DNA from: an uncultured Bacilli bacterium
Lineage (GTDB): Bacteria; Bacillota_I; Bacilli_A; RF39; UBA660
NCBI GenBank assembly: GCA_947624045.1
Contig: CANQIL010000002.1
Span: 2,055-66,054, forward strand
Direction: 5' to 3'
Length of the DNA stretch: 64,000 nt
A program made the position numbers and the translations under genes. The notes under the pieces were generated by a model that saw only the letters and a list, made by a program, of their open reading frames with translations, searched no databases and had not been told where the DNA came from. Positions 40,248 through 50,469 of this stretch are shown piece by piece. How positions within the stretch are numbered: position 1 is the stretch's first letter; each line of letters opens with the position of its first letter.

Positions 40248-40967
40248 ATGCACAAAAAAGAACTCAAAGAATTAATCAGATTAAACATAGATGAAGCTTT
40301 AAAACAAACAAAAGAATATTTACAAGTATATGCTATTTCTTTTGTTTATGATAAAAATGCTCAAAAAAGAAAGATACTTAAAGAAAAACTAAAAGAATAT
40401 CTTTCTATTATTAGAGAAGAAAATAAATATTATGAATTTCTTTTGAAAAATTTAGATAAAATAAAAAATGAAGATAGTTTGGATGCTATTTTAAATAAGT
40501 TAGATATTTTAAATGAAAAGACTTATCTTTACTTTAATGCTATTTGTACTGAATGTGAAAGTAGTATTTGTATGCATGAAGATAGAAATTTTGTTCCTTT
40601 TAAAGATTTTAAAACTCTTAAAGAAAGAGAAGATTTAAAAGAAGAAACTATCGCTCTAGCAACATCTTTTTATGATATATTAAATTATTTTTCTAAAGAT
40701 GATGCAATCTATTATTTAGTTCCTAGAACTAAGTTTTTAGATAATGCTGATGATTTTTATGGCTGCTTTGTAGATGAAAATGAAGAAATAAGAATTTGTA
40801 TGCCTTATATAAAAGATAAAGAATCTTTAGAAAAATGTATTTATTTATATGAATCAGGTATATTACTATATCATAATTTAAATAAAAATATTTCTAATAA
40901 GACTTATGATATGTTAGCTCAAAATGGATTAGCTAAATTTAAAGAAAAACAATTAAAGGCTTTTTAA
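40248..40967 (+). CDS. Hypothetical protein
   Basis: 239-aa ORF starting 3 nt after rbfA. No motif recognised. Confidence 0.5.
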   Translation: MHKKELKELIRLNIDEALKQTKEYLQVYAISFVYDKNAQKRKILKEKLKEYLSIIREENKYYEFLLKNLDKIKNEDSLDAILNKLDILNEKTYLYFNAICTECESSICMHEDRNFVPFKDFKTLKEREDLKEETIALATSFYDILNYFSKDDAIYYLVPRTKFLDNADDFYGCFVDENEEIRICMPYIKDKESLEKCIYLYESGILLYHNLNKNISNKTYDMLAQNGLAKFKEKQLKAF

Positions 40968-41081
40968 CTTAATTGTTTTTTTATTTTACAAAGTAAACCA
41001 TAAATCTACATATTTTTACTATTCATAGTTGTATAATTTTTATATATACTAGTTTAGTAATATTTTGGTACTATAAAGGAT

Positions 41082-43142
41082 TTGAAGATTATGGATAGTA
41101 GAAAACAAAAATATATAATAATAGCTTGTCTTTGCTTAGTTGTAGTAGGCTTATCTATTGGATATGCAGCACTTTCAGCTAATTTAAATATAAATGGTAC
41201 AGCAGATGTCCAAGGTGGTAGTTGGGAAGTTAAGTTTTTAAGCGATAATAAAGTAGTAGCTAAAAAAGGTTTAGCTGTATGTGAAATTGGAACAATTACT
41301 AATACTTCTATTACTGGTATGTCTGCTTCATTGAAAGCACCAGGAGATTCTTGTACTTTTAAAGTTCAAGCTAAAAATACTGGTAGTTTAAATGCTGGTT
41401 TAAGCGAAGTTGAAAATAAAGATTTAAATTTAACTTTTACAGGTAGTGGAACAGATAAAATAAATGACGAAGACTTATTAAAAAGTAATGTTACTTATGA
41501 AGTTTATTATGGAGATACCCAAATAAATGAAAAAACTATTTTTGATAATATTCCTATCTTAAAACCTGATGATGAAGAAACTATTATTTTAAGAATTGCT
41601 TTTAATAAAGATTCTACTAAAGTACCAAAAGAGGCTGTAGAAGTAACAGGCTTAGATAGAACATTTATTTTTGGAAACATTGATACAAGACCAACAACAC
41701 CAGAGGGAACACCAGTAACTTGTAAAGTTCCATCATACGTAGATACAAGTGGCGCAAATGCACCAGTATTAAATGGAGATATGATACCAGTAGTATATAG
41801 TGAAAATTGTGAAAAATGGGTAAAGCAAGACTTAAATAAAAGTTATGATTATTCTAAACAAGTATGGGCCAATGCCGTAACTGTTACATCTGATGTACGA
41901 GATGAAATAAAGAAAGCTCCAGCAGGAACTCCAATAGAAATGGATAATATAAATACCATGTGGGTATGGATACCAAGGTATTCATATACAATAAAAAGTG
42001 AAGATGGAGGGACAAACTATTTTGGCAAAGCTAGTTTTGGAAATGATAGTCCTTCAAAAGCTTTACCAGGAGAAATAGATGTAAAATTTATCTCAAAAAA
42101 TGTAAATGAATTAACAGGAAGTGCTCAATATACAGAACATACACCAACAAATTGGAGAACAAATGAAGCCTTTAACTTTGGAGGAACTAGCCAATCAGGA
42201 ATATGGGTTGGAAAATTTGAAGTAACTGGAACACTAGATTCTCAAGATGTTTGTGTTGATGAAACCTGTAATGTAAGTAATGTAACAATAAAGCCAGCAG
42301 AGGTATCATTAAGGAATCAAAGAGTAAGTAGTTTCTTTTATGCTGCAAGAAGTATGCAAGTAAGTTATGCAGATACTTATGGATTTAATGAAAATAGTGG
42401 TGATTTACATATGATGAAGAATGATGAATGGGGAGCGGCAGCTTACCTTTCCCAAAGTAAATATGGAAAGTATGGCAATTCTAATTATTCAGGAAAATAT
42501 AAAGAAGTTTATCAAAATAAATCAAATGATTTTATAACAGGTTCAAGTAATGGAACACCATGTCAAAGTAATACAACTGAGCCTCAATATAGTTATAATG
42601 ATTTAACTAAATTAGGTGAAGGTCGAGGTCAAGCAGGACCAGGAGCCTCAACTACAGGAAATATATATGGAATATATGATATGAGTGGTGGTACATGGGA
42701 TTATACTATGGGAGTTTTAGCTTACTATGAAGGTGGTTTGCCAATGAGTGGATATTCAGCAAGATTTAATTCAGGCTTCACAGGAAAAGTATATGAAGAT
42801 AATACATATGTAGATTTTGTAAATTCATCAAAAGCAATTCCATTTCCAGTAGAAAAATATTATAATTTATACAGAGTTGGAGCAACAATTGATACAATGC
42901 CAACCAGTCCAAGTTTATCAAAATCAGATAATGCTTGTAATGGAGAAGTATGTTATGGGCACGCTTTATCAGAAACTTCAGGTTGGTATGATAATGGAGT
43001 TGGATTTGTATACCGTGAAGCACCATGGTCCTTACGTGGCGGTCGTTATAGTGACACCACTGATGCAGGAGTGTTCCGTTCTAATGGTGCTATCGGTAAT
43101 ACTTATATTGACTATGGTTCTCGTTTCGTTTTAACACCTTGA
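41082..43142 (+). CDS. Signal-anchored extracellular protein with a possible FGE-sulfatase/SUMF1-like C-terminal fold
   Basis: Likelier start is ATG 41091. N-terminus IIIACLCLVVVGLSIGYAALSANLNINGTADV. GIWVGKFEVTG and ..WSLRGGRYSDTTDAGVFR...GSRFVL resemble FGE-domain landmarks. Tentative. Confidence 0.4.
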   Translation: MKIMDSRKQKYIIIACLCLVVVGLSIGYAALSANLNINGTADVQGGSWEVKFLSDNKVVAKKGLAVCEIGTITNTSITGMSASLKAPGDSCTFKVQAKNTGSLNAGLSEVENKDLNLTFTGSGTDKINDEDLLKSNVTYEVYYGDTQINEKTIFDNIPILKPDDEETIILRIAFNKDSTKVPKEAVEVTGLDRTFIFGNIDTRPTTPEGTPVTCKVPSYVDTSGANAPVLNGDMIPVVYSENCEKWVKQDLNKSYDYSKQVWANAVTVTSDVRDEIKKAPAGTPIEMDNINTMWVWIPRYSYTIKSEDGGTNYFGKASFGNDSPSKALPGEIDVKFISKNVNELTGSAQYTEHTPTNWRTNEAFNFGGTSQSGIWVGKFEVTGTLDSQDVCVDETCNVSNVTIKPAEVSLRNQRVSSFFYAARSMQVSYADTYGFNENSGDLHMMKNDEWGAAAYLSQSKYGKYGNSNYSGKYKEVYQNKSNDFITGSSNGTPCQSNTTEPQYSYNDLTKLGEGRGQAGPGASTTGNIYGIYDMSGGTWDYTMGVLAYYEGGLPMSGYSARFNSGFTGKVYEDNTYVDFVNSSKAIPFPVEKYYNLYRVGATIDTMPTSPSLSKSDNACNGEVCYGHALSETSGWYDNGVGFVYREAPWSLRGGRYSDTTDAGVFRSNGAIGNTYIDYGSRFVLTP

Positions 43143-43189
43143 TTGGCCTTATCATTTTATCCAAATTTTCTTGACAAAGAATTTGTGTT

Positions 43190-44104
43190 GTGATAATTTT
43201 AGCTTATCAAGAATTAAAGGGTAGTGGTGTTATGGAAAAGATTATGAAAAATAAGACAATGAAAGAAATAATCGATATAATTATGCTTACAATAGGTACT
43301 ATTATTTCTTCATATGCCCTAGAAGCTTTCTTAATACATAATACTATTTTAGATGGAGGCGTTACTGGTATTGGTATTATTATTTCTAAATTAACCTCTA
43401 TACCACTAAGCTTTCTCGTTCTAGTAATAAGCATTCCTTTTTTCTTTGTAGGTTTTAAGAATCTAGGAAAAGGCTTCTTATTAAGATCAATTTATACAAT
43501 GATACTTTTTTCATTATCTTTAAGTCTTTTTGAGCTTATAGAGCCTGCAACAGAAGAGATGCTTTTAGCAACGGTTTTTGGTGGTATTTTACTTGGCGTT
43601 GGTACGGGAATAGTAATACGCTTTGGTGGTTGCCTAGATGGAACAGAATCAGTTGCCTTAGTCATAAGTAAAAATTCTAATTTATCAGTAGGGCAGATTG
43701 TTCTTATCTTTAACCTCATAATCTATGGCGTAGCTGGCTTTATTTTTGGTCTAGATAGAGCCATGTATTCGCTTCTTACTTACTTTATAACTTTTAAAGT
43801 AATAGACTTTATTTCTGAAGGACTAGAACAAGCTAAAGCAGCTTTAATAATTACTGACCAAGGAACAACTCTTTCTAAAGAAATATATAAAAAATTAGGA
43901 AGAACTACAACTACCTTAAGAGGTAAAGGTCTAATAAGTGGCCAAAAGGAAGTCCTATATTGTGTTTTAACTAGAATAGAAATTTATGAATTAAAGAAAA
44001 TCGTTGATAATATGGATACAAGTGCCTTTATCACAATATTAGATGTATCTGATATAATAGGTAATCATATAAAGTCAAAAAATAAAATAAGGAAGATTAG
44101 ATAG
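43190..44104 (+). CDS. YitT-family membrane protein (DUF161 + DUF2179)
   Basis: LDGGVTGIGIIISK repeat motifs. C-terminal LRGKG...EVLYCVLTRIEIYELKKIV...AFITILDV. Likelier start is ATG 43232. Confidence 0.8.
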   Translation: MIILAYQELKGSGVMEKIMKNKTMKEIIDIIMLTIGTIISSYALEAFLIHNTILDGGVTGIGIIISKLTSIPLSFLVLVISIPFFFVGFKNLGKGFLLRSIYTMILFSLSLSLFELIEPATEEMLLATVFGGILLGVGTGIVIRFGGCLDGTESVALVISKNSNLSVGQIVLIFNLIIYGVAGFIFGLDRAMYSLLTYFITFKVIDFISEGLEQAKAALIITDQGTTLSKEIYKKLGRTTTTLRGKGLISGQKEVLYCVLTRIEIYELKKIVDNMDTSAFITILDVSDIIGNHIKSKNKIRKIR

Positions 44105-44105
44105 T

Positions 44106-44594
44106 ATGCATTTAAATGAAGTAGCTGGAATTGTTTTAACTGAAGATGGCATTGCTCATCCTTTTGGTGTAAGTGATGAAATCTGTGGAGCAGAAAATAA
44201 CAAATCACACGAAGAATATTTCTCTAACGAAATAGCAACACAATCCTGGTTTAAAAAATTAAATATAGCTTTTGAACCTCAAAACTTATATTATCAAATA
44301 CCCGAAATGACTTCTTATAATCTAACTTTTATTCTTAATGCTTCAAGCGTTTCTCATAATAAACATGACGTTTATACCTATGCTATCTTTGCGCCTCAAC
44401 AACTGTCTCAACAGACTAAAGACTATTTTTCTAAACACTACTTAGAATTTAAAAATTTAATTGATAGAGACAAAGCCTTTTTTCAAGCAGATACATTTCA
44501 AGATGGAAAATATCAAAATTCTATGCCAATAGGCAATTTAGATAAATTTTATGAGTTTATGAATATAGAAAAAAATTTAAAAACACTAAAATAA
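44106..44594 (+). CDS. Hypothetical protein
   Basis: 162-aa ORF abutting yitT. No motif recognised. Confidence 0.5.
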   Translation: MHLNEVAGIVLTEDGIAHPFGVSDEICGAENNKSHEEYFSNEIATQSWFKKLNIAFEPQNLYYQIPEMTSYNLTFILNASSVSHNKHDVYTYAIFAPQQLSQQTKDYFSKHYLEFKNLIDRDKAFFQADTFQDGKYQNSMPIGNLDKFYEFMNIEKNLKTLK

Positions 44595-44626
44595 TCTAAA
44601 AAATATAGCATTTTAGATTATTTTTT
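44592..44626 (+). terminator. Rho-independent terminator
   Basis: AATCTAAAA ... TTTTAGATT hairpin followed by a T-run. Confidence 0.6.
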
Positions 44627-44753
44627 TCACTAAACTTTTATTTTACAACTGTGCTAATCAGTGATATAATAAAAGACGTCTGTGACTAAAAAGATAATTT
44701 TTAAGTTATAAAGCAAAATAACATAAATATATTTATAATGAAGGAGAATTTTA

Positions 44754-45284
44754 ATGCTTGAAAAAATAGAATATAAAGAAATAAATTATGAAGGAGCATT
44801 GCCTTTAGAGGCTATAACAGAGATTAAAGATTTACTTACTATTACTAAAGAAAATAGTTTACTTTATATCTGTCACCCTAGGCATATCTTTGAAAGAATA
44901 ATAGAAGATGATAAAACGAAAATTATTATTGGAGTTGATTGGGATAGTATAAATACTAGCTTAATAACTAAATATGATGATTATGGAAGATTTTCTATTG
45001 TTGATGAGTATTTTCGTAGTGGTAAAGACCAATTTACTTATGTTAATAAAAGATTTACCAATATGTTAAAGAAATATTCATCAAAAGGTAATAATGATTT
45101 TACTTATCCGCTTGCCATTATAGAAGAAGAAAAGGATAGAATTACTAATGAAAAAACATATATTCCTCGCGGTATAATTTGTGCTAAACAAGGTGGTGTT
45201 TTACTTTGCAATAAGATGAATTCCTTGGAGAAAACTCCTCAAAAGGTTTATAAGAGTAAAAATTATGAGCAAGTTATAATTTAA
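44754..45284 (+). CDS. Hypothetical protein
   Basis: 176-aa ORF with RBS AAGGAG. Confidence 0.5.
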   Translation: MLEKIEYKEINYEGALPLEAITEIKDLLTITKENSLLYICHPRHIFERIIEDDKTKIIIGVDWDSINTSLITKYDDYGRFSIVDEYFRSGKDQFTYVNKRFTNMLKKYSSKGNNDFTYPLAIIEEEKDRITNEKTYIPRGIICAKQGGVLLCNKMNSLEKTPQKVYKSKNYEQVII

Positions 45285-45303
45285 GAAGTAATGAAGTGAT
45301 AAA

Positions 45304-45810
45304 GTGCAAGAAGGTTATAAGATTTTTAACAGTAAACAAGAAAATAGATATGGTTATAAAATGGAAGCAGGTAAAACTTATTCAGTAGAAGGTAATATAT
45401 CCTATGGTAATTTTGGCAATGGGTATCATTTTTGTAAAAAATTAAGTGATGTTTTTCGCTTTAAAGATACTAAAGATTTTGACTTTTTAGTGGCACGTGT
45501 AATTGGCTCTGGGAAAATTATTACTTATAATGATGATTATTATGGTTACTATGATTTATTTTCTAGTGAAAAAATATTCATAAAAGATTTTCTAAGTAGA
45601 GAAGAAATAATTATGCAAATGCTTAATGAAACTAATATTTTATCTCTTAAAAACTTTATCACTACCTTTACTATGACTAAAGAAGAAATAGCTCTTTTTA
45701 AAGAAAAATTTAAAACTAATAAAGAGATTATGAATTTAATTAGTTATTATCAAGAAAGAAACTTAGAAGTTTATGAAAAAAATTATTTGAAGAGGAGAAC
45801 TTATGAATAA
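45304..45810 (+). CDS. Hypothetical protein
   Basis: 168-aa ORF with a GTG start. GNGYHFCKKL motif of unknown meaning. Overlaps murI by 8 nt. Confidence 0.5.
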   Translation: MQEGYKIFNSKQENRYGYKMEAGKTYSVEGNISYGNFGNGYHFCKKLSDVFRFKDTKDFDFLVARVIGSGKIITYNDDYYGYYDLFSSEKIFIKDFLSREEIIMQMLNETNILSLKNFITTFTMTKEEIALFKEKFKTNKEIMNLISYYQERNLEVYEKNYLKRRTYE

Positions 45811-46516
45811 TAATTTTATAGGTGTTTTTGATTCAGGAGTAGGTGGGTTAAATATTTTAGAAAAATTAAAAGAACTTCTACCTAATGAAAGTTTCTTATA
45901 TTATGCTGATAAAAATAATTTTCCTTATGGTAATAAAGATACAGATGAGTTATTAAATATAACATTTAGAATTACAGAAGAATTTATTAAAAGAAATTGT
46001 AAATTAATAGTAATTGCTTGTAATACTGCTACAACTAAGTGTCTTAAAAAATTAGAAGAAAAGTATAGTGAGACTTTATTTGTAGGTATTACTCCTGCTA
46101 TTAAAAAAGCCTGTAATTCTAATTATAAAAATATTTTAGTAATGGCAACTCCTGCTACTATTGGTTCTAAAAAAACAAAGCAATTAGTACAAGACTATAA
46201 AAAAGAAGACCAAAATGTATATTTAGAAGCTTTTCCTACTTTAGCTACTTCTATTGAAAAAGAAAATTCCAAAGAAATATTAGAAATACTTAATAATACT
46301 TATTTAAAGTATAAGGATAAAAATATAGATGCTATCGTTTTAGGTTGTACCCATTATTCATTTATAAGAAAACAACTACAAAGTTTATTTACAAATGTAA
46401 CAATAATAGATGCTATAGATGATTTAGCCTATGAAGTAAAAAGTAAATTAGAAGAGAATAATCTTCTTAGTAATAATTCAAAAAGAGAAGTCCTTTTTCT
46501 AGATAAACTATCTTAA
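45803..46516 (+). CDS. murI: Glutamate racemase
   Basis: GVFDSGVGGL, ACNTAT, GCTHY motifs. Confidence 0.9.
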   Translation: MNNNFIGVFDSGVGGLNILEKLKELLPNESFLYYADKNNFPYGNKDTDELLNITFRITEEFIKRNCKLIVIACNTATTKCLKKLEEKYSETLFVGITPAIKKACNSNYKNILVMATPATIGSKKTKQLVQDYKKEDQNVYLEAFPTLATSIEKENSKEILEILNNTYLKYKDKNIDAIVLGCTHYSFIRKQLQSLFTNVTIIDAIDDLAYEVKSKLEENNLLSNNSKREVLFLDKLS

Positions 46517-46578
46517 AAAAGTGTCAAGTAAAAGAGTTAAATAACTATTTAGCTTTTTTTTATGGTATTATTATACTG

Positions 46579-47454
46579 GTGGTAGTAATGAAAAAAGATT
46601 TTTTTACTAATAAGAATACATATAAATTATATCGCGAAGTAAGAGAATTACTTCATCCTGTTATATCTAAAAGAAATATCTCCAATTATAAAATAGTTTT
46701 TCAAGATGAAATTATGCCCGTAAGAGTTTTTTATCCGAAGAAAGTATCTTTTATAAATGGTGTTTTAATCTTTATCCCCGGTATAGCAGCAGTCACTGAT
46801 TCTTATTATAAATATGGTGATATATGTAAAGAAATGGCAATAGAAACAGATAAAATGGTTATTGCCTTAGATTATGAAGATGAATCATTTAACTATTTAA
46901 ATTTAGTAGCTAAGTGTTATGAAATGATAACTTATTTATATGAAAATTTAACTAAAAATGGTGTCTTAGAAAAAAACATCACATTAATAGGAGACTCTAT
47001 TGGAGCTAGTATAATAGGTACAATTAATTATCGAAATATAAAAACTAAAAAAATAAATATAGCTAGAAATATCTTATTATATCCCATTTTAAGTGGCGAA
47101 TATTTCAAAGAAAGTAAGTTTTTATCTATTACAAAGAATGATAAATATGACTTATTAGTACTAAGAAATATTAAAGATTATTATCAAAAATATGCTAAGG
47201 ATGATTTAGCTAATGAAGATGTTTTTCTACTAAAAAGAAAAGACTTTTCAAAATTTTCTAAAACTCTTCTTATTACTGGTAACTTAGATTGCTTAAAAGA
47301 CGAGGGTGAGTATTTTTATCATAAACTAACAGAAGCAAATGTTATTTGTGAATATTATAATTTAAATTTTGAAAATCATGGTTTTTTAAAAGACATAGAT
47401 ATGGAAATGAAAAACGAATTATATGCTAAAATAAGGGATTTCTTAGCTAAATAA
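46579..47454 (+). CDS. Alpha/beta-hydrolase (esterase/lipase-like)
   Basis: GxSxG nucleophile elbow GDSIGAS. Late Asp/His (LDCLKDEG, ENHGF). Likelier start is ATG 46588. Confidence 0.6.
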   Translation: MVVMKKDFFTNKNTYKLYREVRELLHPVISKRNISNYKIVFQDEIMPVRVFYPKKVSFINGVLIFIPGIAAVTDSYYKYGDICKEMAIETDKMVIALDYEDESFNYLNLVAKCYEMITYLYENLTKNGVLEKNITLIGDSIGASIIGTINYRNIKTKKINIARNILLYPILSGEYFKESKFLSITKNDKYDLLVLRNIKDYYQKYAKDDLANEDVFLLKRKDFSKFSKTLLITGNLDCLKDEGEYFYHKLTEANVICEYYNLNFENHGFLKDIDMEMKNELYAKIRDFLAK

Positions 47455-47485
47455 AATATGTTATAATGATGAGGGAGGCATAATA

Positions 47486-48010
47486 ATGGAAAAGAAAAAG
47501 ACAAAAAAAGAAATAGTACAAATGCTTCTTAGAAATAATGAAATAGATGAAAAAGATGAAGAAGAATTACTTGATTTACTAATCGATCAACCTATTAGTA
47601 TTGATGTTGATAAACAAGAAGAAGCTAAAATGACCTTTGGTGATAGAGTAGCAGATAAGGTAAGTGAAGTAGCTGGTAGTTGGACCTTTATTGGCCTTTT
47701 TATCTTCTTTTTAGTCGCTTGGACTATTGTAAATGTTATTTTAAAAGATAATGCTATTGACCCATATCCATTTATTCTTCTTAACTTAGTTCTTTCATGT
47801 ATTGCCGCTATTCAAGCACCAATAATTATGATGAGTCAAAATAGACAAGCTGAAAAAGATAGCTTGCGCAATCAAAATGATTATCGTACTGATTTAAAAA
47901 GCGAATTAATACTTGAAGAGTTACATGATAAAATGGAACTCATTTTAAAAAATCAAAATAAGATTTTAAAAGCTTTAGAAGAGGAAGATGAAAAAAATGA
48001 AAAAAATTAG
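47486..48010 (+). CDS. DUF1003-family membrane protein
   Basis: FGDRVADKVSEVAGSWTFI...DPYPFILLNL...IMMSQNRQAEKD pattern. Confidence 0.7.
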   Translation: MEKKKTKKEIVQMLLRNNEIDEKDEEELLDLLIDQPISIDVDKQEEAKMTFGDRVADKVSEVAGSWTFIGLFIFFLVAWTIVNVILKDNAIDPYPFILLNLVLSCIAAIQAPIIMMSQNRQAEKDSLRNQNDYRTDLKSELILEELHDKMELILKNQNKILKALEEEDEKNEKN

Positions 48011-48518
48011 TCTTATTATACTCTTTATAGTCTTATCATTATTTTTAACCGCATGTGAAAATAATGATGAAGTAAAAGAAAAAACTAATGAAGGTAAAAT
48101 AGATAGTATTGATGATGTTACCAGTACTAAAGGTACATTAGTATGTACAAGAAGTGCTTCTGCTGATAATGCTGAACCTTTTTTCAATTATACTATTGAT
48201 TATAAAGATGATGAAATTTTAAAACTTCATTCTATAGAGGGAATTACTTCTGAAGATTCTTCTGTCTTAGATGAGTATGAAGAAGCTTATAAAAAAATAA
48301 ATAGTTATTATGTAGGCTTAAAATATTATGATACTAATGTTTATAGAACAAACAACTCCGTAACTTGGGATACAACTATTAATTATGAAAAAATAGATAT
48401 AGGTGCGTTGCTAGACTTAGAAGGTGAAGAGGATAATATTATTGAAAATGGTAAAGCCAAGCTTTCCACTTGGCTAGAATTATCTAAAAAAGTTGGTACT
48501 ACTTGTAGCGAAAAGTAG
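47988..48518 (+). CDS. Lipoprotein, possibly DUF1307/YehR-like
   Basis: Lipobox LFLTACEN. Overlaps the upstream gene by 23 nt. Confidence 0.55.
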   Translation: MKKMKKISLIILFIVLSLFLTACENNDEVKEKTNEGKIDSIDDVTSTKGTLVCTRSASADNAEPFFNYTIDYKDDEILKLHSIEGITSEDSSVLDEYEEAYKKINSYYVGLKYYDTNVYRTNNSVTWDTTINYEKIDIGALLDLEGEEDNIIENGKAKLSTWLELSKKVGTTCSEK

Positions 48519-48526
48519 TCTCTTTT

Positions 48527-48601
48527 GTTCTGGTAGTTTAATGGATAAAATGTTTCCCTCCGACGGAAATGATATGGGTTCGACTCCCTTCCAGAACACC
48601 A
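48527..48601 (+). tRNA. tRNA-Arg (anticodon CCG), CCA encoded
   Basis: Hand-folded cloverleaf. Acceptor GTTCTGG/CCAGAAC, anticodon arm TTTCC-CTCCGAC-GGAAA, T-loop TTCGACT. One U-U in the T stem and G-U in the D stem. Confidence 0.85.
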
Positions 48602-48604
48602 TTA

Positions 48605-49324
48605 TTAATTTTTAAAAGGAATATTACATATATAGCCAATATTTTTTTCTTGATAAGAAATTTCTTTTCTACTATTAATTGTCCAGACTAAAATGGGCAT
48701 TTTTTCTTTATATTTTTGCCATTTCTTTTGAGTTAACATTTTTTTAGATATAGCTAAAAAATCTGGTTGACAGTAATTTATAATTAGTTTACTTTTTACT
48801 AAGATATTTATAAGTTTATTATTAGTATATTTTTCTGTTATGAGTAAGCCTCTAGGAATATTTTGAGCATTTTTCTTAAACCATAATACTATTAATGGAT
48901 TAAAAGACTTAACTAAATAATTATTAGGATAATTTTTTAAAAGTTCAACTAGCTTATTACAAGTATCATCTATTCTTTTAGTATTTTTAATTTCAATATC
49001 TAAAAGAACTTGTCCTTTAACAAGCTTTAAGACTTCTTCAAAAGTAGGTATTTTCTCATTAGTATCTAATAAGTTAAATTTTTGTATTTCTTTATAAGTT
49101 AAGTCTTGTACAAATAAGTTTTCTTTAGTCATTCGATACAAATTATAATCATGAAAAACAACTAAAACATTATCTTTAGTAAGTTGGATATCTAACTCAA
49201 TAGGTCTATTTTCTTTTAAACTAATTTTAAAAGCCGCTAGAGAATTTTCAGGAATTTTTTCATTATGATTACCTCTATGCGCAATAATTATATTTTCAAT
49301 ATTAGGAATTTGCTTCATTATCAT
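48605..49324 (-). CDS. Glycerophosphodiester phosphodiesterase
   Basis: IIAHRG..ENS.., ELDIQLTKDNVLVVFHD motifs. Confidence 0.85.
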   Translation of the reverse strand: MIMKQIPNIENIIIAHRGNHNEKIPENSLAAFKISLKENRPIELDIQLTKDNVLVVFHDYNLYRMTKENLFVQDLTYKEIQKFNLLDTNEKIPTFEEVLKLVKGQVLLDIEIKNTKRIDDTCNKLVELLKNYPNNYLVKSFNPLIVLWFKKNAQNIPRGLLITEKYTNNKLINILVKSKLIINYCQPDFLAISKKMLTQKKWQKYKEKMPILVWTINSRKEISYQEKNIGYICNIPFKN

Positions 49325-49374
49325 TCTTCTTTCTAATAAATAATATTTCTAAAAAAATATTTTATTAAAATAAA

Positions 49375-50469
49375 CTACATTTTATGTGCTCTTTCGGTTA
49401 TATCATCAATTTCTTCTTTTGAAAAATGAGCATCATATTCTGTTTGCATTTGCCTAAAAATATGATTAAATTTACTTGCAAGTTCAGCAAATTCTTCATA
49501 AGTAAAAATACCTTTTCTATAATAATCTCTAACTCGTAAATTAGCGAATGTTTGTAATTTATCCATTACCAATTTAATTTCTTCTTTTCTTGGCGAAATT
49601 CCCGATACTTGATATTTAAAAATATTATCTAAAAAACTTGATAAATCTCTAAAAGCACCGTCTCCCATATAGGTATCATAAACCATATCTATATGTAAGG
49701 GATCACACATAATACCATACAAGAAATCGTTAAATAAATAAGCTTTTTTTTGTCCTTCTTTTTTGACTCTACCTCTAAATATAGAACCACCTAAATTTAC
49801 AATATCTTGGTATTTATAAGAAGCAACATTTGAAAAAGCCGCTACTGTTAGTCTTGTAATAGAAGTTATTGGTGAATAAACATCAAGTTCACATCCCCAA
49901 TCTCTATAATTTAGGCTTAAAATATCATCAACAGTTAAATTGCCACCTTCTATTTTAGTTTTAGTAGCAATCGCAGTAATAATATCCATCATTGTTTCAT
50001 TATAAAATTTTCCATACATACTATATCCAACCGGCTTTTTAGTTTCTACATAATCTTGCTTTACCATACCCAAATTATTTTTAAACTCTATCCCATTTTT
50101 AACAACAGAATAAGAATTTCTTAAACAAAATACATCACAAAAAGCATGACAAAGCTCATGAAGCACCGTCATTTTAACAACTGGCAATTTATTCGCTTGC
50201 AAGCCTTCATAACCACGTAACTCTATATTAATTTTACCTGCTTCTTCATCTTTATATACAACACCATAATAATTTTTAAGTAACCGAATTGTTTCCTCAG
50301 TTCGGTTATAAAAAGTGATTTTAACATGTTTGTTAAAAAAATCTACAAATTTCTCTTTTTCTTCTGAATTTTTAGAGCCAAAAATCAAATTAGATAAAAC
50401 CAAAAAAGACTCATTCATCAAATTACGTTCTGCTTGATACTTACTATTTATAATTCTATCATCTAACAT
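49375..50469 (-). CDS. Hypothetical protein with HExxH zinc-metallopeptidase-like motif
   Basis: VLHELCHAF with FYNETMMD downstream. Promoter TTGAAT-17-TATGAT upstream on the minus strand. Confidence 0.5.
   Translation of the reverse strand: MLDDRIINSKYQAERNLMNESFLVLSNLIFGSKNSEEKEKFVDFFNKHVKITFYNRTEETIRLLKNYYGVVYKDEEAGKINIELRGYEGLQANKLPVVKMTVLHELCHAFCDVFCLRNSYSVVKNGIEFKNNLGMVKQDYVETKKPVGYSMYGKFYNETMMDIITAIATKTKIEGGNLTVDDILSLNYRDWGCELDVYSPITSITRLTVAAFSNVASYKYQDIVNLGGSIFRGRVKKEGQKKAYLFNDFLYGIMCDPLHIDMVYDTYMGDGAFRDLSSFLDNIFKYQVSGISPRKEEIKLVMDKLQTFANLRVRDYYRKGIFTYEEFAELASKFNHIFRQMQTEYDAHFSKEEIDDITERAHKM

Noticed and set aside
42778-43134. ORFs 42778-43026 (-) and 42877-43134 (+) overlapping the 3' end of the 686-aa gene
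   Set aside because: They are alternative frames of a longer, better-supported ORF, with unusual H/Q/Y/M-rich composition.
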